A stretch of 64,000 nucleotides of DNA, from positions 558-64,557 of the forward strand of contig JAYUJN010000054.1 in the NCBI GenBank assembly GCA_043765195.1, read 5' to 3'. The position numbers and the translations under genes are program-made. Source of the DNA: Bacteroidota bacterium. Lineage in GTDB: Bacteria; Bacteroidota; Bacteroidia; UBA7662; JAYUJN01. The notes under the pieces were generated by a model, which ran no database searches, was not told where the DNA came from, and saw only the letters and a program-made list of their open reading frames with translations. Shown here in pieces: positions 44,048 through 52,424 of this stretch; within the stretch, counting starts at the first letter, position 1; every line of letters starts with the position of its first letter.

Positions 44048-45661
44048 ATGAAAAACCAACACATTTTTCGCTTTAATTCAAGAACCGTGGCATTATCCCA
44101 AAGCCTTGTGCGCAAAACAGCAAGCATTTTTAGCCTGCTAATTTGCATAGGTACAGCAGCCTTTGGGCAAGTAGGCACATTTGATGCTGGTTTTGGTAGC
44201 GCAGGTGCTTATACTTTTCCGATACCGCAGGGTGCAGATTTTGTTTCGGGCAACAACCTCATAGTGCTACCCAACGACCAAATACTGGTTCAAACAGCAG
44301 AAAAATACGACCAATTTGAACCTCTTGCGAAAGGAAAATTGAATAGGCTGACTACTGGCGGCATGATAGATGCTTCTTTTGGCACAGGTGGCGCTACGCT
44401 TATACAAGACTCTATTTTTAGCCATTCATTAGATTTTTTGGTGATGCCCAACGGCAAAATAGCGTCTTTGGCGTGTAGTGCCCGACAAACTACTTCTGCA
44501 TCAGACAAGCCGCCCTTTATTACCATGTACAACACCGACGGAAGTGTAGATGCCAATTTTGGTATAAATGGTCGTGTGTTGTTACCTGCCACCCCACACG
44601 GAAGGTTTACGCTTGCAAAAATAATAACCGACGGAAGTAATTTTTATATTCTATATGAAGACGACAATGCGGGGCAGGTTATTAGGAGCTATACAAGTAC
44701 GGGAGCGGTAAATGGAGCATTCGGCAATTCTGGTGTAATTTCTTTTACAAGTATGGAATACGCACGAATCATTTATACGCCTATTATGGGAGGAAGATTG
44801 CTTTTGGTAGATGCTCTGCAAATAAAAATAAAACGATTGCTACTTAGTGGACTCACAGATTTTTCCTATGGCAATTCAGGTACTGCGACCGCTCCTAATG
44901 TAAATTCTTCCTCTTTCTGTGGGTTCGTTGGGTTACAAAGTGATGGAAGTCTTTTAGTGCCTGTATCTGATTACGGTGCTGGTCGGTTTAATACTCGGAT
45001 AGTGCGTGTAGATGCAAGTGGCGTGGTAGATGCAGCTTTTGGCAACAATGCCCAAATTTCTCAGGCTGTAAATGGCTCACTTTTTATAGCCGCAGACCTT
45101 GTACAACAACCCGACGGTAAAATTTTATTGGCGGGTTATAACATAGATACCGCTACCGAAAATAGTCAAAAGGCATTTTTTCGCCTGAACGGCGATGGCA
45201 CAGCCGACAACAGTTTTGGTGTAAATGGCTTACTAAGTTTGGGTGCTTTTGACGGTGAGGGATTGGTTATTGTGGGACTTCAAAGTACGGGCAAAATTAT
45301 AGCACTTGTAGAGGTCGATATTAATGGCAATAGCACGGCGGCTTATGTAATTCGTTTGTTGAACAACCTTAATGTGGGCGTGTTGCAAAACAGCAAACTA
45401 ACAGAGCTGGGCTTGTACCCAAATCCCATCGTGAGCCAGTTTGAACTTAGCTATGAGTTGGGCAGCAGCGCAGCCATTAGCATAAATTTGGTAGATGCGC
45501 AGGGGCGCACGGTACATAGTTTCCAAACCCAACAAAAAGAAGACGGCAAGCAAGTACATAGTTTTTCGTTGCCGTCCACGGTTGCGGCGGGCTTTTACAC
45601 AGTCGTAATTCAGTCCGACAACGGCAACAGTAATAATTTACAGATTTTGGTGAAGAGGTAG
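44048..45661 (+). CDS. Delta-60-repeat secreted protein with a T9SS C-terminal sorting domain, copy 2 (tandem paralog)
   Basis: Same architecture as copy 1. The N-terminal ~95 aa and C-terminal ~108 aa are nearly identical to copy 1. Confidence 0.8.
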   Translation: MKNQHIFRFNSRTVALSQSLVRKTASIFSLLICIGTAAFGQVGTFDAGFGSAGAYTFPIPQGADFVSGNNLIVLPNDQILVQTAEKYDQFEPLAKGKLNRLTTGGMIDASFGTGGATLIQDSIFSHSLDFLVMPNGKIASLACSARQTTSASDKPPFITMYNTDGSVDANFGINGRVLLPATPHGRFTLAKIITDGSNFYILYEDDNAGQVIRSYTSTGAVNGAFGNSGVISFTSMEYARIIYTPIMGGRLLLVDALQIKIKRLLLSGLTDFSYGNSGTATAPNVNSSSFCGFVGLQSDGSLLVPVSDYGAGRFNTRIVRVDASGVVDAAFGNNAQISQAVNGSLFIAADLVQQPDGKILLAGYNIDTATENSQKAFFRLNGDGTADNSFGVNGLLSLGAFDGEGLVIVGLQSTGKIIALVEVDINGNSTAAYVIRLLNNLNVGVLQNSKLTELGLYPNPIVSQFELSYELGSSAAISINLVDAQGRTVHSFQTQQKEDGKQVHSFSLPSTVAAGFYTVVIQSDNGNSNNLQILVKR

Positions 45662-45680
45662 CTTTTGGGGGTTTTGCTGG

Positions 45681-46056
45681 GTAGAGACGTTGCAGTGCAA
45701 GGTCTCCACCAAAAAATATTCTTTCCAACAATCCCCTAATCCGATGGCTAAAGCCATCGGCTATTGAAAAACCATTTATACGATGTTTTAATCGATAGCC
45801 AGCAGCTGTTGGATTAAAATAAATGCCCGAAAAAATCATGTCTATCCCACAATCCTAAAAATCCTGTGCGGACAAGAATGATTTATTTTGCTGGGTAGAG
45901 ACGTTGCATTGCAACGTCTCTACAAAAAATATGGTAGATACGTTTTGCTGGGTAGAGACGCGATTAATCGCGTCTCTACGTAATTCGCTCAACGAATGTG
46001 GGTTCGGGTCGTTGAGCGTAGCCGAAACGAGCCATATCAAGCGCAGCCGAAACGCC
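45681..46056. repeat. Mosaic cluster of repeat families 1, 3, 1, 1, 2
   Basis: Family 1 hairpins at 45681-45709, 45895-45923 (GTAGAGACGTTGCATTGCAACGTCTCTAC) and 45952-45979 (GTAGAGACGCGATTAATCGCGTCTCTAC). A family 3 unit at about 45731-45866. Family 2 at 46003-46056. Confidence 0.85.
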
Positions 46057-47134
46057 CTAATTTTCCATGAGGTATGCCTTCAAAAATGCGTCCAGCTCGC
46101 CGCTCAAAACCGCTTGCGTATCCGTGGTTTCGTAGCCAGTTCGGGTATCTTTTATGAGCTTGTACGGGTGCAGCACGTAGTTGCGTATTTGGCTGCCCCA
46201 TTCTATTTTCTTTTTGGTGCTTTCTATGGCATCTTTGGCTTCGTTGCGCTTGCGTAGTTCCAGCTCATAAAGCTGCGATTTGAGCATTTGCATGGCACGT
46301 TCCTTGTTGCCGAGCTGCGTTCGGTCTATTTGGCACACCACCACAATGCCCGTGGGCAAGTGCGTAATTTGCACCTTGGTTTCTACTTTGTTCACGTTTT
46401 GCCCGCCAGCACCGCCCGAGCGGGAGGTATGCACCTCAATTTCCGAGGGTTTTATGTCAATTTCAATGGTATCATCTACCAAAGGATACACAAAAACGGA
46501 GGCAAAAGACGTTTGGCGCTTGCCCTGCGCATTAAACGGCGACACCCGAACCAAGCGGTGTACGCCCGATTCGCCTTTTAGGTAGCCGTAGCTAAACGGA
46601 CCATCGAACTCCAAACTAATGAACTTCAAACCAGCCTCTTCGCCATCGAGCTTATCGAGTTCTCGCACCACATAGCCGTTTTTTTCGCCCCACATCATGT
46701 ACATTCTCGCCAAAATCTGGCTCCAATCTTGGCTCTCCGTGCCGCCCGCACCCGAGTTGATGGTAAGCACGCAGGGCAGCTCGTCTTCGGGTTCACTAAG
46801 CATTTTTTTGTACTCCAATTCATCGAGGTTTTTCAGCGTTTCGGTGTATTGGGTTTCCACTTCGGCATCGGTGGCGGCATCTTCTTGTGCCATTTCGAAG
46901 TAAAGCTGTAAATCGTCTAATTTTAGTTGCAATTGGTCGAACGCCATCGTCCACACCTTTTCGGTTTTCACCGAGCGCAGCACTAATTCAGCCGCCTTGG
47001 GGTCGTCCCAAAAATCGTCTGCCAAAGATTGGGTTTCTACGTCTTTTAATTTTTCGAGTTTGCTATCAATGTCAAAGATAACCCCTCAAAGCCTCCACAC
47101 GGCTTTTAACATCATTTAGTTGGTCTTGTCTCAT
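46057..47134 (-). CDS. prfB: Peptide chain release factor 2, with a programmed +1 frameshift
   Basis: Frame 0 runs from ATG 47134 to TGA 47074-47072 ([20 protein letters not shown]). The site AGGGGT TAT CTT TGA C is classic. The +1 frame continues DIDSKLEKL... into ORF 46057..47025, which contains SPF and GGQ. Confidence 0.95.
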
Positions 47135-47182
47135 GTTTTATTTGTATTTGTCTGAATATATTTACTGCAAAGATAGGTAGTT

Positions 47183-48781
47183 TTAGGTTTTTTTCAGAGC
47201 CGCTTTCACAAAATCCACAAAAATCGGGTGCGGTTTTAGCACCGTACTTTTGTATTCGGGGTGAAACTGCACGCCCACAAACCACTTGTGTTTTTTAAGT
47301 TCCATGGCTTCTACCAAGCCCGTTTGTGGGTTTTTGCCCACAAAACTCATGTCAGAATCCTGAAAAGCCTCCAAAAAATCGTTGTTAAACTCATACCGAT
47401 GCCTGTGGCGTTCCTTGATTTGCGTTTTTTGGTAGGCTTGATATATTTTGCTGCCTTTTTTCAGTTCGCAGTCGTAAGCGCCCAAGCGCATGGTGCCGCC
47501 TTTGGTGGTTATGGCTTTTTGGGCTTCCATTTTGTCTATGACCGCAAACGGCGTTTCGGGGTCCATTTCGGTGGAGTTTGCGCCCTTCAAATGCAGCACA
47601 TTGCGTGCAAACTCAATTACGGCACTTTGCATACCGAGGCAAATGCCCAAAAAAGCCACGTTGTTTTCTCTTGCGTATTTGATGGCTCGCAGCTTGCCCT
47701 CCCAGCCCCGTTCGCCAAATCCTGGGGCTACCAGTATGGCATCTAACTTGTCCATGAGTTCGTTTACGTCCTCGGGTCTTAGGGTTTCGGAGTGTATCCA
47801 GGCGATGTTTACCTTGCATTCCAGTTGTGCGCCTGCGTGTGTAAGTGCCTCGGCAATAGACTTATAGCTGTCTTTCAGTTCCGCATATTTGCCCACCAAA
47901 CCCACCGTAATTTCGTGTACGGGGTTTTTTAGTTTACCCAAAAAAGATTTCCAATCGTCGAGTACGGGTTCGTTTTTTGTGCTAAGTTTTAGCTTATTGA
48001 GTATAATTTTGTCCAAGCCTTCTTTGAGCATCGCCAGCGGCACGTCGTAAATGGTTTCGGCATCGGCGGCTTCTATCACGGCATTGGGGGCTACATTGCA
48101 AAAAAGCGCAAGTTTCCGTTTTATTTCTTTGTTCAGCGGTTTTTCGGTGCGGCACACCAGCACATCGGGCTGTATGCCCAGCGATAGCAGCTCCTTTACC
48201 GAGTGCTGCGTGGGCTTGGTTTTTAGTTCTTGGGCGGCGTTTAGGTAGGGGATTAGGGTCAGGTGAATAACCACACAATTGGCATCGCCCAGCTCGTATT
48301 TGAGCTGCCGCACGCTCTCTATATAAGGTAGGCTTTCTATGTCGCCCACGGTGCCGCCGAGTTCGGTTATAATAATGTCAAAATCTTGCTTGCCCAGTAG
48401 CTGCATTCGCAGTTTAATTTCGTCGGTGATGTGCGGCACTACCTGCACGGTTTTGCCCAAATAAACGCCCTTGCGCTCGTTGTCTATCACCGTTTGGTAA
48501 ATGCGCCCTGTGGTTACGTTGTTGGCTTGGGAGGTGCGCACGTTCAAAAAACGCTCGTAATGCCCCAAATCTAAGTCCGTTTCCGCACCATCGTCGGTTA
48601 CAAAACACTCGCCGTGTTCGTAGGGGTTTAGCGTGCCAGGGTCGATGTTCAGGTAAGGGTCAAATTTTTGAATGGTAACCGCATAGCCACGAGCCTGTAA
48701 CAGTTTAGCCAGCGAGGCGGCTACAATGCCTTTTCCCAAAGACGACGTAACGCCGCCAGTAACAAAAATATACTTAGCCAT
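47183..48781 (-). CDS. pyrG: CTP synthase
   Basis: MAKYIFVTGGVTSSLGKGI... N-terminus and the GATase GICLGMQ ... HRHRYEFN. Confidence 0.97.
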   Translation of the reverse strand: MAKYIFVTGGVTSSLGKGIVAASLAKLLQARGYAVTIQKFDPYLNIDPGTLNPYEHGECFVTDDGAETDLDLGHYERFLNVRTSQANNVTTGRIYQTVIDNERKGVYLGKTVQVVPHITDEIKLRMQLLGKQDFDIIITELGGTVGDIESLPYIESVRQLKYELGDANCVVIHLTLIPYLNAAQELKTKPTQHSVKELLSLGIQPDVLVCRTEKPLNKEIKRKLALFCNVAPNAVIEAADAETIYDVPLAMLKEGLDKIILNKLKLSTKNEPVLDDWKSFLGKLKNPVHEITVGLVGKYAELKDSYKSIAEALTHAGAQLECKVNIAWIHSETLRPEDVNELMDKLDAILVAPGFGERGWEGKLRAIKYARENNVAFLGICLGMQSAVIEFARNVLHLKGANSTEMDPETPFAVIDKMEAQKAITTKGGTMRLGAYDCELKKGSKIYQAYQKTQIKERHRHRYEFNNDFLEAFQDSDMSFVGKNPQTGLVEAMELKKHKWFVGVQFHPEYKSTVLKPHPIFVDFVKAALKKT

Positions 48782-48805
48782 AAAAAATTAGAGTTAGATA
48801 TGGCG

Positions 48806-48813
48806 CAAAGTTA
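48806..48813 (-). promoter_or_regulatory. Candidate -7 promoter box for pyrG
   Basis: The minus strand reads TAACTTTG, ending 24 nt before ATG 48781. Confidence 0.45.
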
Positions 48814-48904
48814 CCATTTTTTTGGTAAAAGAACACAGAATACTTGTTTTGCGCCCAATTTTAAAATTAAAGCTATTTAACTTTTTTTTAAGCAAATTTA
48901 GGTG

Positions 48905-48912
48905 TATTTTTG
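48905..48912 (+). promoter_or_regulatory. Candidate -7 promoter box for the FKBP gene
   Basis: TATTTTTG ends 28 nt before ATG 48941. Confidence 0.45.
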
Positions 48913-48940
48913 CCCAAATTTTTTACTAAAACCCCAAATA

Positions 48941-49657
48941 ATGAAGTTTTTCAATTTTTTATTAGTAGCCGCATTCGGCTTAATGATTGTAAATGCGTGC
49001 AACAGCACCAAAACCGCAGGCAAAGTAAGCCTAAAAAACGAAGTAGATTCGTTGAGCTATAGCATTGGTGTAAACATAGGCGCAGGTATGCGTGAGCAAG
49101 GCATAAGCGACGTAAACCCCGAGGTTTTTGCCGCCGCCGTAGCCCAAGCCATAAAAAGCGATAGCAACCTGAGCATAAACCCCGAAGCTGCGGGCGCATA
49201 CATACAAGGCTATATGCAAAAAGCCGCCAAAAGCAAAGGCGCAGCCTCTATTAAAAAAGGACAGGACTTTTTGGCAGCCAACAAAACCAAAGCAGGCGTA
49301 CAAACAACTGCATCGGGCTTGCAATACAAAATAATTACGGCTGGCACGGGTGCTAAACCACTTGCCACCGAAACCGTGCGTGTAAACTACAAAGGAACGC
49401 TTATAGATGGCAAAGTTTTTGACCAAAGCCAACCAGGGCAACCAGCCGAATTTGCTGTAAACCAGCTTATCCCAGCCTGGACCGAAGCCTTGCAAATGAT
49501 GCCCGCAGGTAGCAAATGGCAAATATTTGTGCCTTCAAACCTTGCCTACGGCGAGCGTGGCGCAGGCGGAGCCATTGGTCCGAACGAAACCTTGGTTTTT
49601 GATATGGAGCTGATAGAAATCGTAAAAGGCGGCGCAGCAGCCCCCGAGAAAAAGTAA
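48941..49657 (+). CDS. FKBP-type peptidyl-prolyl isomerase lipoprotein (Mip/FklB-like)
   Basis: Lipobox VNAC. FKBP core GLQYKIITAGTG...VRVNYKGTLIDGKVFDQS...LIPAWTEALQMMPAGSKW.IFVPSNLAYGERG. Confidence 0.9.
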   Translation: MKFFNFLLVAAFGLMIVNACNSTKTAGKVSLKNEVDSLSYSIGVNIGAGMREQGISDVNPEVFAAAVAQAIKSDSNLSINPEAAGAYIQGYMQKAAKSKGAASIKKGQDFLAANKTKAGVQTTASGLQYKIITAGTGAKPLATETVRVNYKGTLIDGKVFDQSQPGQPAEFAVNQLIPAWTEALQMMPAGSKWQIFVPSNLAYGERGAGGAIGPNETLVFDMELIEIVKGGAAAPEKK

Positions 49658-50046
49658 CAAACTCAGTCTGTCGCACCCGAAAGGGTGAGGAAAGTCCGAA
49701 CAATATAGAGCGGTGTGCTTGCTAACGGCAAGGCGGTGTTTGGTTCAAATGCCGACGTAAAGTGCCACAGAAAATAACTACCCCGCTTGAAAAAGCGGGG
49801 AAAAGGTGAAAATGTAGGGTAAGAGCCTACGGGTTTTTTTGGCAACAAAGAAATTGGGTAAACACCACACATTGAAAAACCAAATATACCAATGGTGCCA
49901 GCAATGGCACACAGGCTTGCTCGGCTTGATTGGAGGGTAGGTTGTAAGAGCTGGCGAGTGATTGCCAGCCCAGATAAATGACAGACCATTTGCCGCAGTT
50001 CTTTGAACGCAGGCAAAGGTACAGAAATCGGCTTATTCAGTTTGTT
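49656..50046 (+). ncRNA. rnpB: RNase P RNA, bacterial type A
   Basis: GAGGAAAGTCCG at 49687-49698 and ACAGAAATCGGCTTAT at 50021-50036 form P4. The 5' AACAAACT pairs with the 3' AGTTTGTT (P1). CAGTCTGTC pairs with GACAGAC near 49980 (P2). The ends are approximate. Confidence 0.85.
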
Positions 50047-50054
50047 AATCCTAA

Positions 50055-50095
50055 AAATAAGGCTAAATCATTTGCATTTAGCCTTATTTTTTTTT
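50055..50095 (+). terminator. Intrinsic terminator after rnpB
   Basis: AAATAAGGCTAAAT CATTTGC ATTTAGCCTTATTT followed by a T-run. Confidence 0.8.
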
Positions 50096-50117
50096 AAAGT
50101 AACCATGAAAAATGTTT

Positions 50118-50125
50118 TATATTTG
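50118..50125 (+). promoter_or_regulatory. Candidate -7 promoter box for the response regulator gene
   Basis: TATATTTG ends 32 nt before ATG 50158. Confidence 0.45.
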
Positions 50126-50157
50126 CACCAAAATACCTCCAAAAGCCCACAAACACA

Positions 50158-51501
50158 ATGCAGAAAATACTCATTATAGACGACGAACGCAGCATACGCA
50201 ACACGCTAAAAGAAATATTAGAATACGAAAATTATGAGGTAGATGAAGCCATAGATGGCGAGCAAGGCATAGAAAAAGCCTTAGAAAATAGCTACGACCT
50301 CGTGATGTGCGACATAAAAATGCCCAAAATAGACGGTTTGGAGCTGTTAGCCAAGGTACACAAAGAAAAACCAGATATGCCCATCATCATGATTTCGGGG
50401 CATGGAACGATAGAAACCGCCGTGGAATGCACCAAACTCGGCGCATTTGACTTTATATCCAAACCGCCCGACCTGAACAGGCTGCTCATTACCATACGAA
50501 ACGCCCTGCAAAAAGGCGAGCTGCTCGTAGAAACCAAGGTACTGAAAAAGAAGGTGGTGGAAACCCGCAGAATGGTGGGCGAGTCGCCAGAAATGATAGC
50601 CATCAAGGAAACCATAGAAAAAGTGTCGGCGACCGAAGCCCGCATTTTGATTACGGGCGAAAATGGCACGGGCAAGGAGCTGGTGGCGCTGGCAATACAC
50701 GAAAAAAGCGATAGAAACAAAGCGCCCTTTGTGGAGGTGAACTGCGCCGCCATACCCAGCGAGCTTATCGAAAGCGAGCTTTTTGGGCATGAAAAAGGCG
50801 CTTTTACCTCCGCCATAAAGCAAAAAATAGGCAAATTTGAGCAGGCAAATGGTGGTACGCTGTTTTTGGACGAAATAGGCGACATGGATTTTAGCGTGCA
50901 AGCCAAGGTGCTGCGGGCATTGCAAGAAAATAAAATAACGAGGGTAGGCGGCGAAAAAGACATAAAAGTAGATGTGCGGGTGGTGTCGGCTACCAACAAA
51001 AATTTGGAGCAAGAAATTGAAAACAAGCGGTTTAGGTTGGATTTGTACCACAGGCTGAACGTGATAAACATACATTTGCCCAGTTTGAATCAACGGGGCG
51101 ATGATGTGAAACTGATAGCGGTACACATCATAAATGAGATTTGCAAAGACTATAAAATTAGCCAAAAAAACTTGGATAGCACTGCCCTTCAAGCACTTGC
51201 AAACTACCAGTGGAGCGGCAATGTGCGGGAACTGCGCAATGTCATAGAGCGTTTGGTGATACTATCGGGCAAAGCCACAACCATAACCGAGCAAGATGTA
51301 GCCACTTATACCAATCCGCTGAAACTCGGTTTGGGTAGCGGCACGGAGCTTTATAGCCAGTTTAACAGCTTAGATGCCTTTAAAAAGTACAGCGAAAAGC
51401 AGTTTATAAAATATAAATTAGCCCAAAATGCAAACAACATAGAAAAAACGGCTTACCAGCTCGAAATAAGTGTAGATGCGTTGCAGTTGTTGCTGAACTA
51501 A
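50158..51501 (+). CDS. Sigma-54-dependent response regulator (NtrC family)
   Basis: Receiver domain (DDE...CDIKMP), AAA+ Walker A GENGTGKE, GAFTSA loop, Walker B FLDEIGD and a C-terminal HTH. Confidence 0.9.
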   Translation: MQKILIIDDERSIRNTLKEILEYENYEVDEAIDGEQGIEKALENSYDLVMCDIKMPKIDGLELLAKVHKEKPDMPIIMISGHGTIETAVECTKLGAFDFISKPPDLNRLLITIRNALQKGELLVETKVLKKKVVETRRMVGESPEMIAIKETIEKVSATEARILITGENGTGKELVALAIHEKSDRNKAPFVEVNCAAIPSELIESELFGHEKGAFTSAIKQKIGKFEQANGGTLFLDEIGDMDFSVQAKVLRALQENKITRVGGEKDIKVDVRVVSATNKNLEQEIENKRFRLDLYHRLNVINIHLPSLNQRGDDVKLIAVHIINEICKDYKISQKNLDSTALQALANYQWSGNVRELRNVIERLVILSGKATTITEQDVATYTNPLKLGLGSGTELYSQFNSLDAFKKYSEKQFIKYKLAQNANNIEKTAYQLEISVDALQLLLN

Positions 51502-51547
51502 GCGCACTATTTTAGCCCCAAATGCACCTTTAAACGTCGTTCACAAA

Positions 51548-52261
51548 ATGCAAATTGATACCATTCAGTTACAAAAACTACTGCTTATCGACATTCAAAC
51601 GGTGGCGGAACACCTTAGTTTTGAGGCAGCCGATGCTGGTTCACGCTTGTTTTGGCAGCAAAAATTTGGGTCAGAAAACCAAGATTATGCACAAAAAGCG
51701 GCACTAATCCCAGAGTTTGGCAAGCTGATTTGTGTTTCTTTGGGCGGTTTTGTAGCCGAAGATAAAGTGCTGACGCTCAAAGTAAAAACTTTTTTTGGCA
51801 TTGATGAAAAACAACTGCTGCAACAGGTGGCGCAGGCACTTACGCAGTACAAGCCAAACGACAAACGGATACTTGCAGGGCATAATGTGAAGGAATTTGA
51901 CTTGCCTTTTTTGTGTAAGAGGCTGGCAGTGAACAACATAAAAATGCCAGAAATACTGAATATTTGGGGACTAAAACCTTGGGATATACTCGTGTTGGAT
52001 ACCATGCAGCTTTGGCAGTTTGGGAGTTTTAAGGGTTTTACCTCGCTAAAACTTTTGGCGCACAGCCTCGGCGTGCAGTATCCGCAACCGATTGAGGTGC
52101 TGGAATCCATTGAAATTCAGCAGAATTACCATAAAAATAAACAAGATACCACGGAATTGGTTACACGCAGCCAGCAAAATGTGGGGCTTATTGCACAGGT
52201 CGTTTTGCGCTTGAAAAACGTGGAGATGCTGCCACCAGAAAATATTCGTTTTTTGGGTTAA
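51548..52261 (+). CDS. PolB-exonuclease-like (RNase H-fold) protein with an apparently degenerate active site
   Basis: LLLIDIQTV...EFGKLICVSLG...LAGHNVKEFDLPFLCKR...KPWDILVLDTMQLWQFG layout. The first motif reads DIQT, not DIET. Confidence 0.6.
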   Translation: MQIDTIQLQKLLLIDIQTVAEHLSFEAADAGSRLFWQQKFGSENQDYAQKAALIPEFGKLICVSLGGFVAEDKVLTLKVKTFFGIDEKQLLQQVAQALTQYKPNDKRILAGHNVKEFDLPFLCKRLAVNNIKMPEILNIWGLKPWDILVLDTMQLWQFGSFKGFTSLKLLAHSLGVQYPQPIEVLESIEIQQNYHKNKQDTTELVTRSQQNVGLIAQVVLRLKNVEMLPPENIRFLG

Positions 52262-52424
52262 GCAACTTTTCCACAAAAGGCGCAATGTGCATAAAACCCA
52301 CCCAGTTTTTGCAATAAAACTGCTGTATTTTTCGTTTTGTTTTTGTCAAATTGTTGGCTTGGCTAATGATTTTCAGGTAAGTAAACAAATCAATAGTATA
52401 AATTAGTCTAATCGTTGTTTCACA

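Noticed and set aside
42321-44178. Duplicated minus-strand ORFs 42321..42551 and 43759..44178 with similar sequences.
   Set aside because: Their similarity comes from the duplicated 5' regions of the two delta-60 genes. They are antisense to the leaders and signal peptides.
49663-50016. 117-aa minus-strand ORF.
   Set aside because: It lies entirely within the RNase P RNA gene on the + strand.
50292-51192. 259-aa and 281-aa minus-strand ORFs inside the sigma-54 regulator gene. Similar long antisense ORFs occur at 11098..11902, 15486..16139, 55613..56158 and 57082..57675.
   Set aside because: In each case the opposite strand encodes a protein with unambiguous family motifs. The antisense translations have no motifs and a skewed composition.
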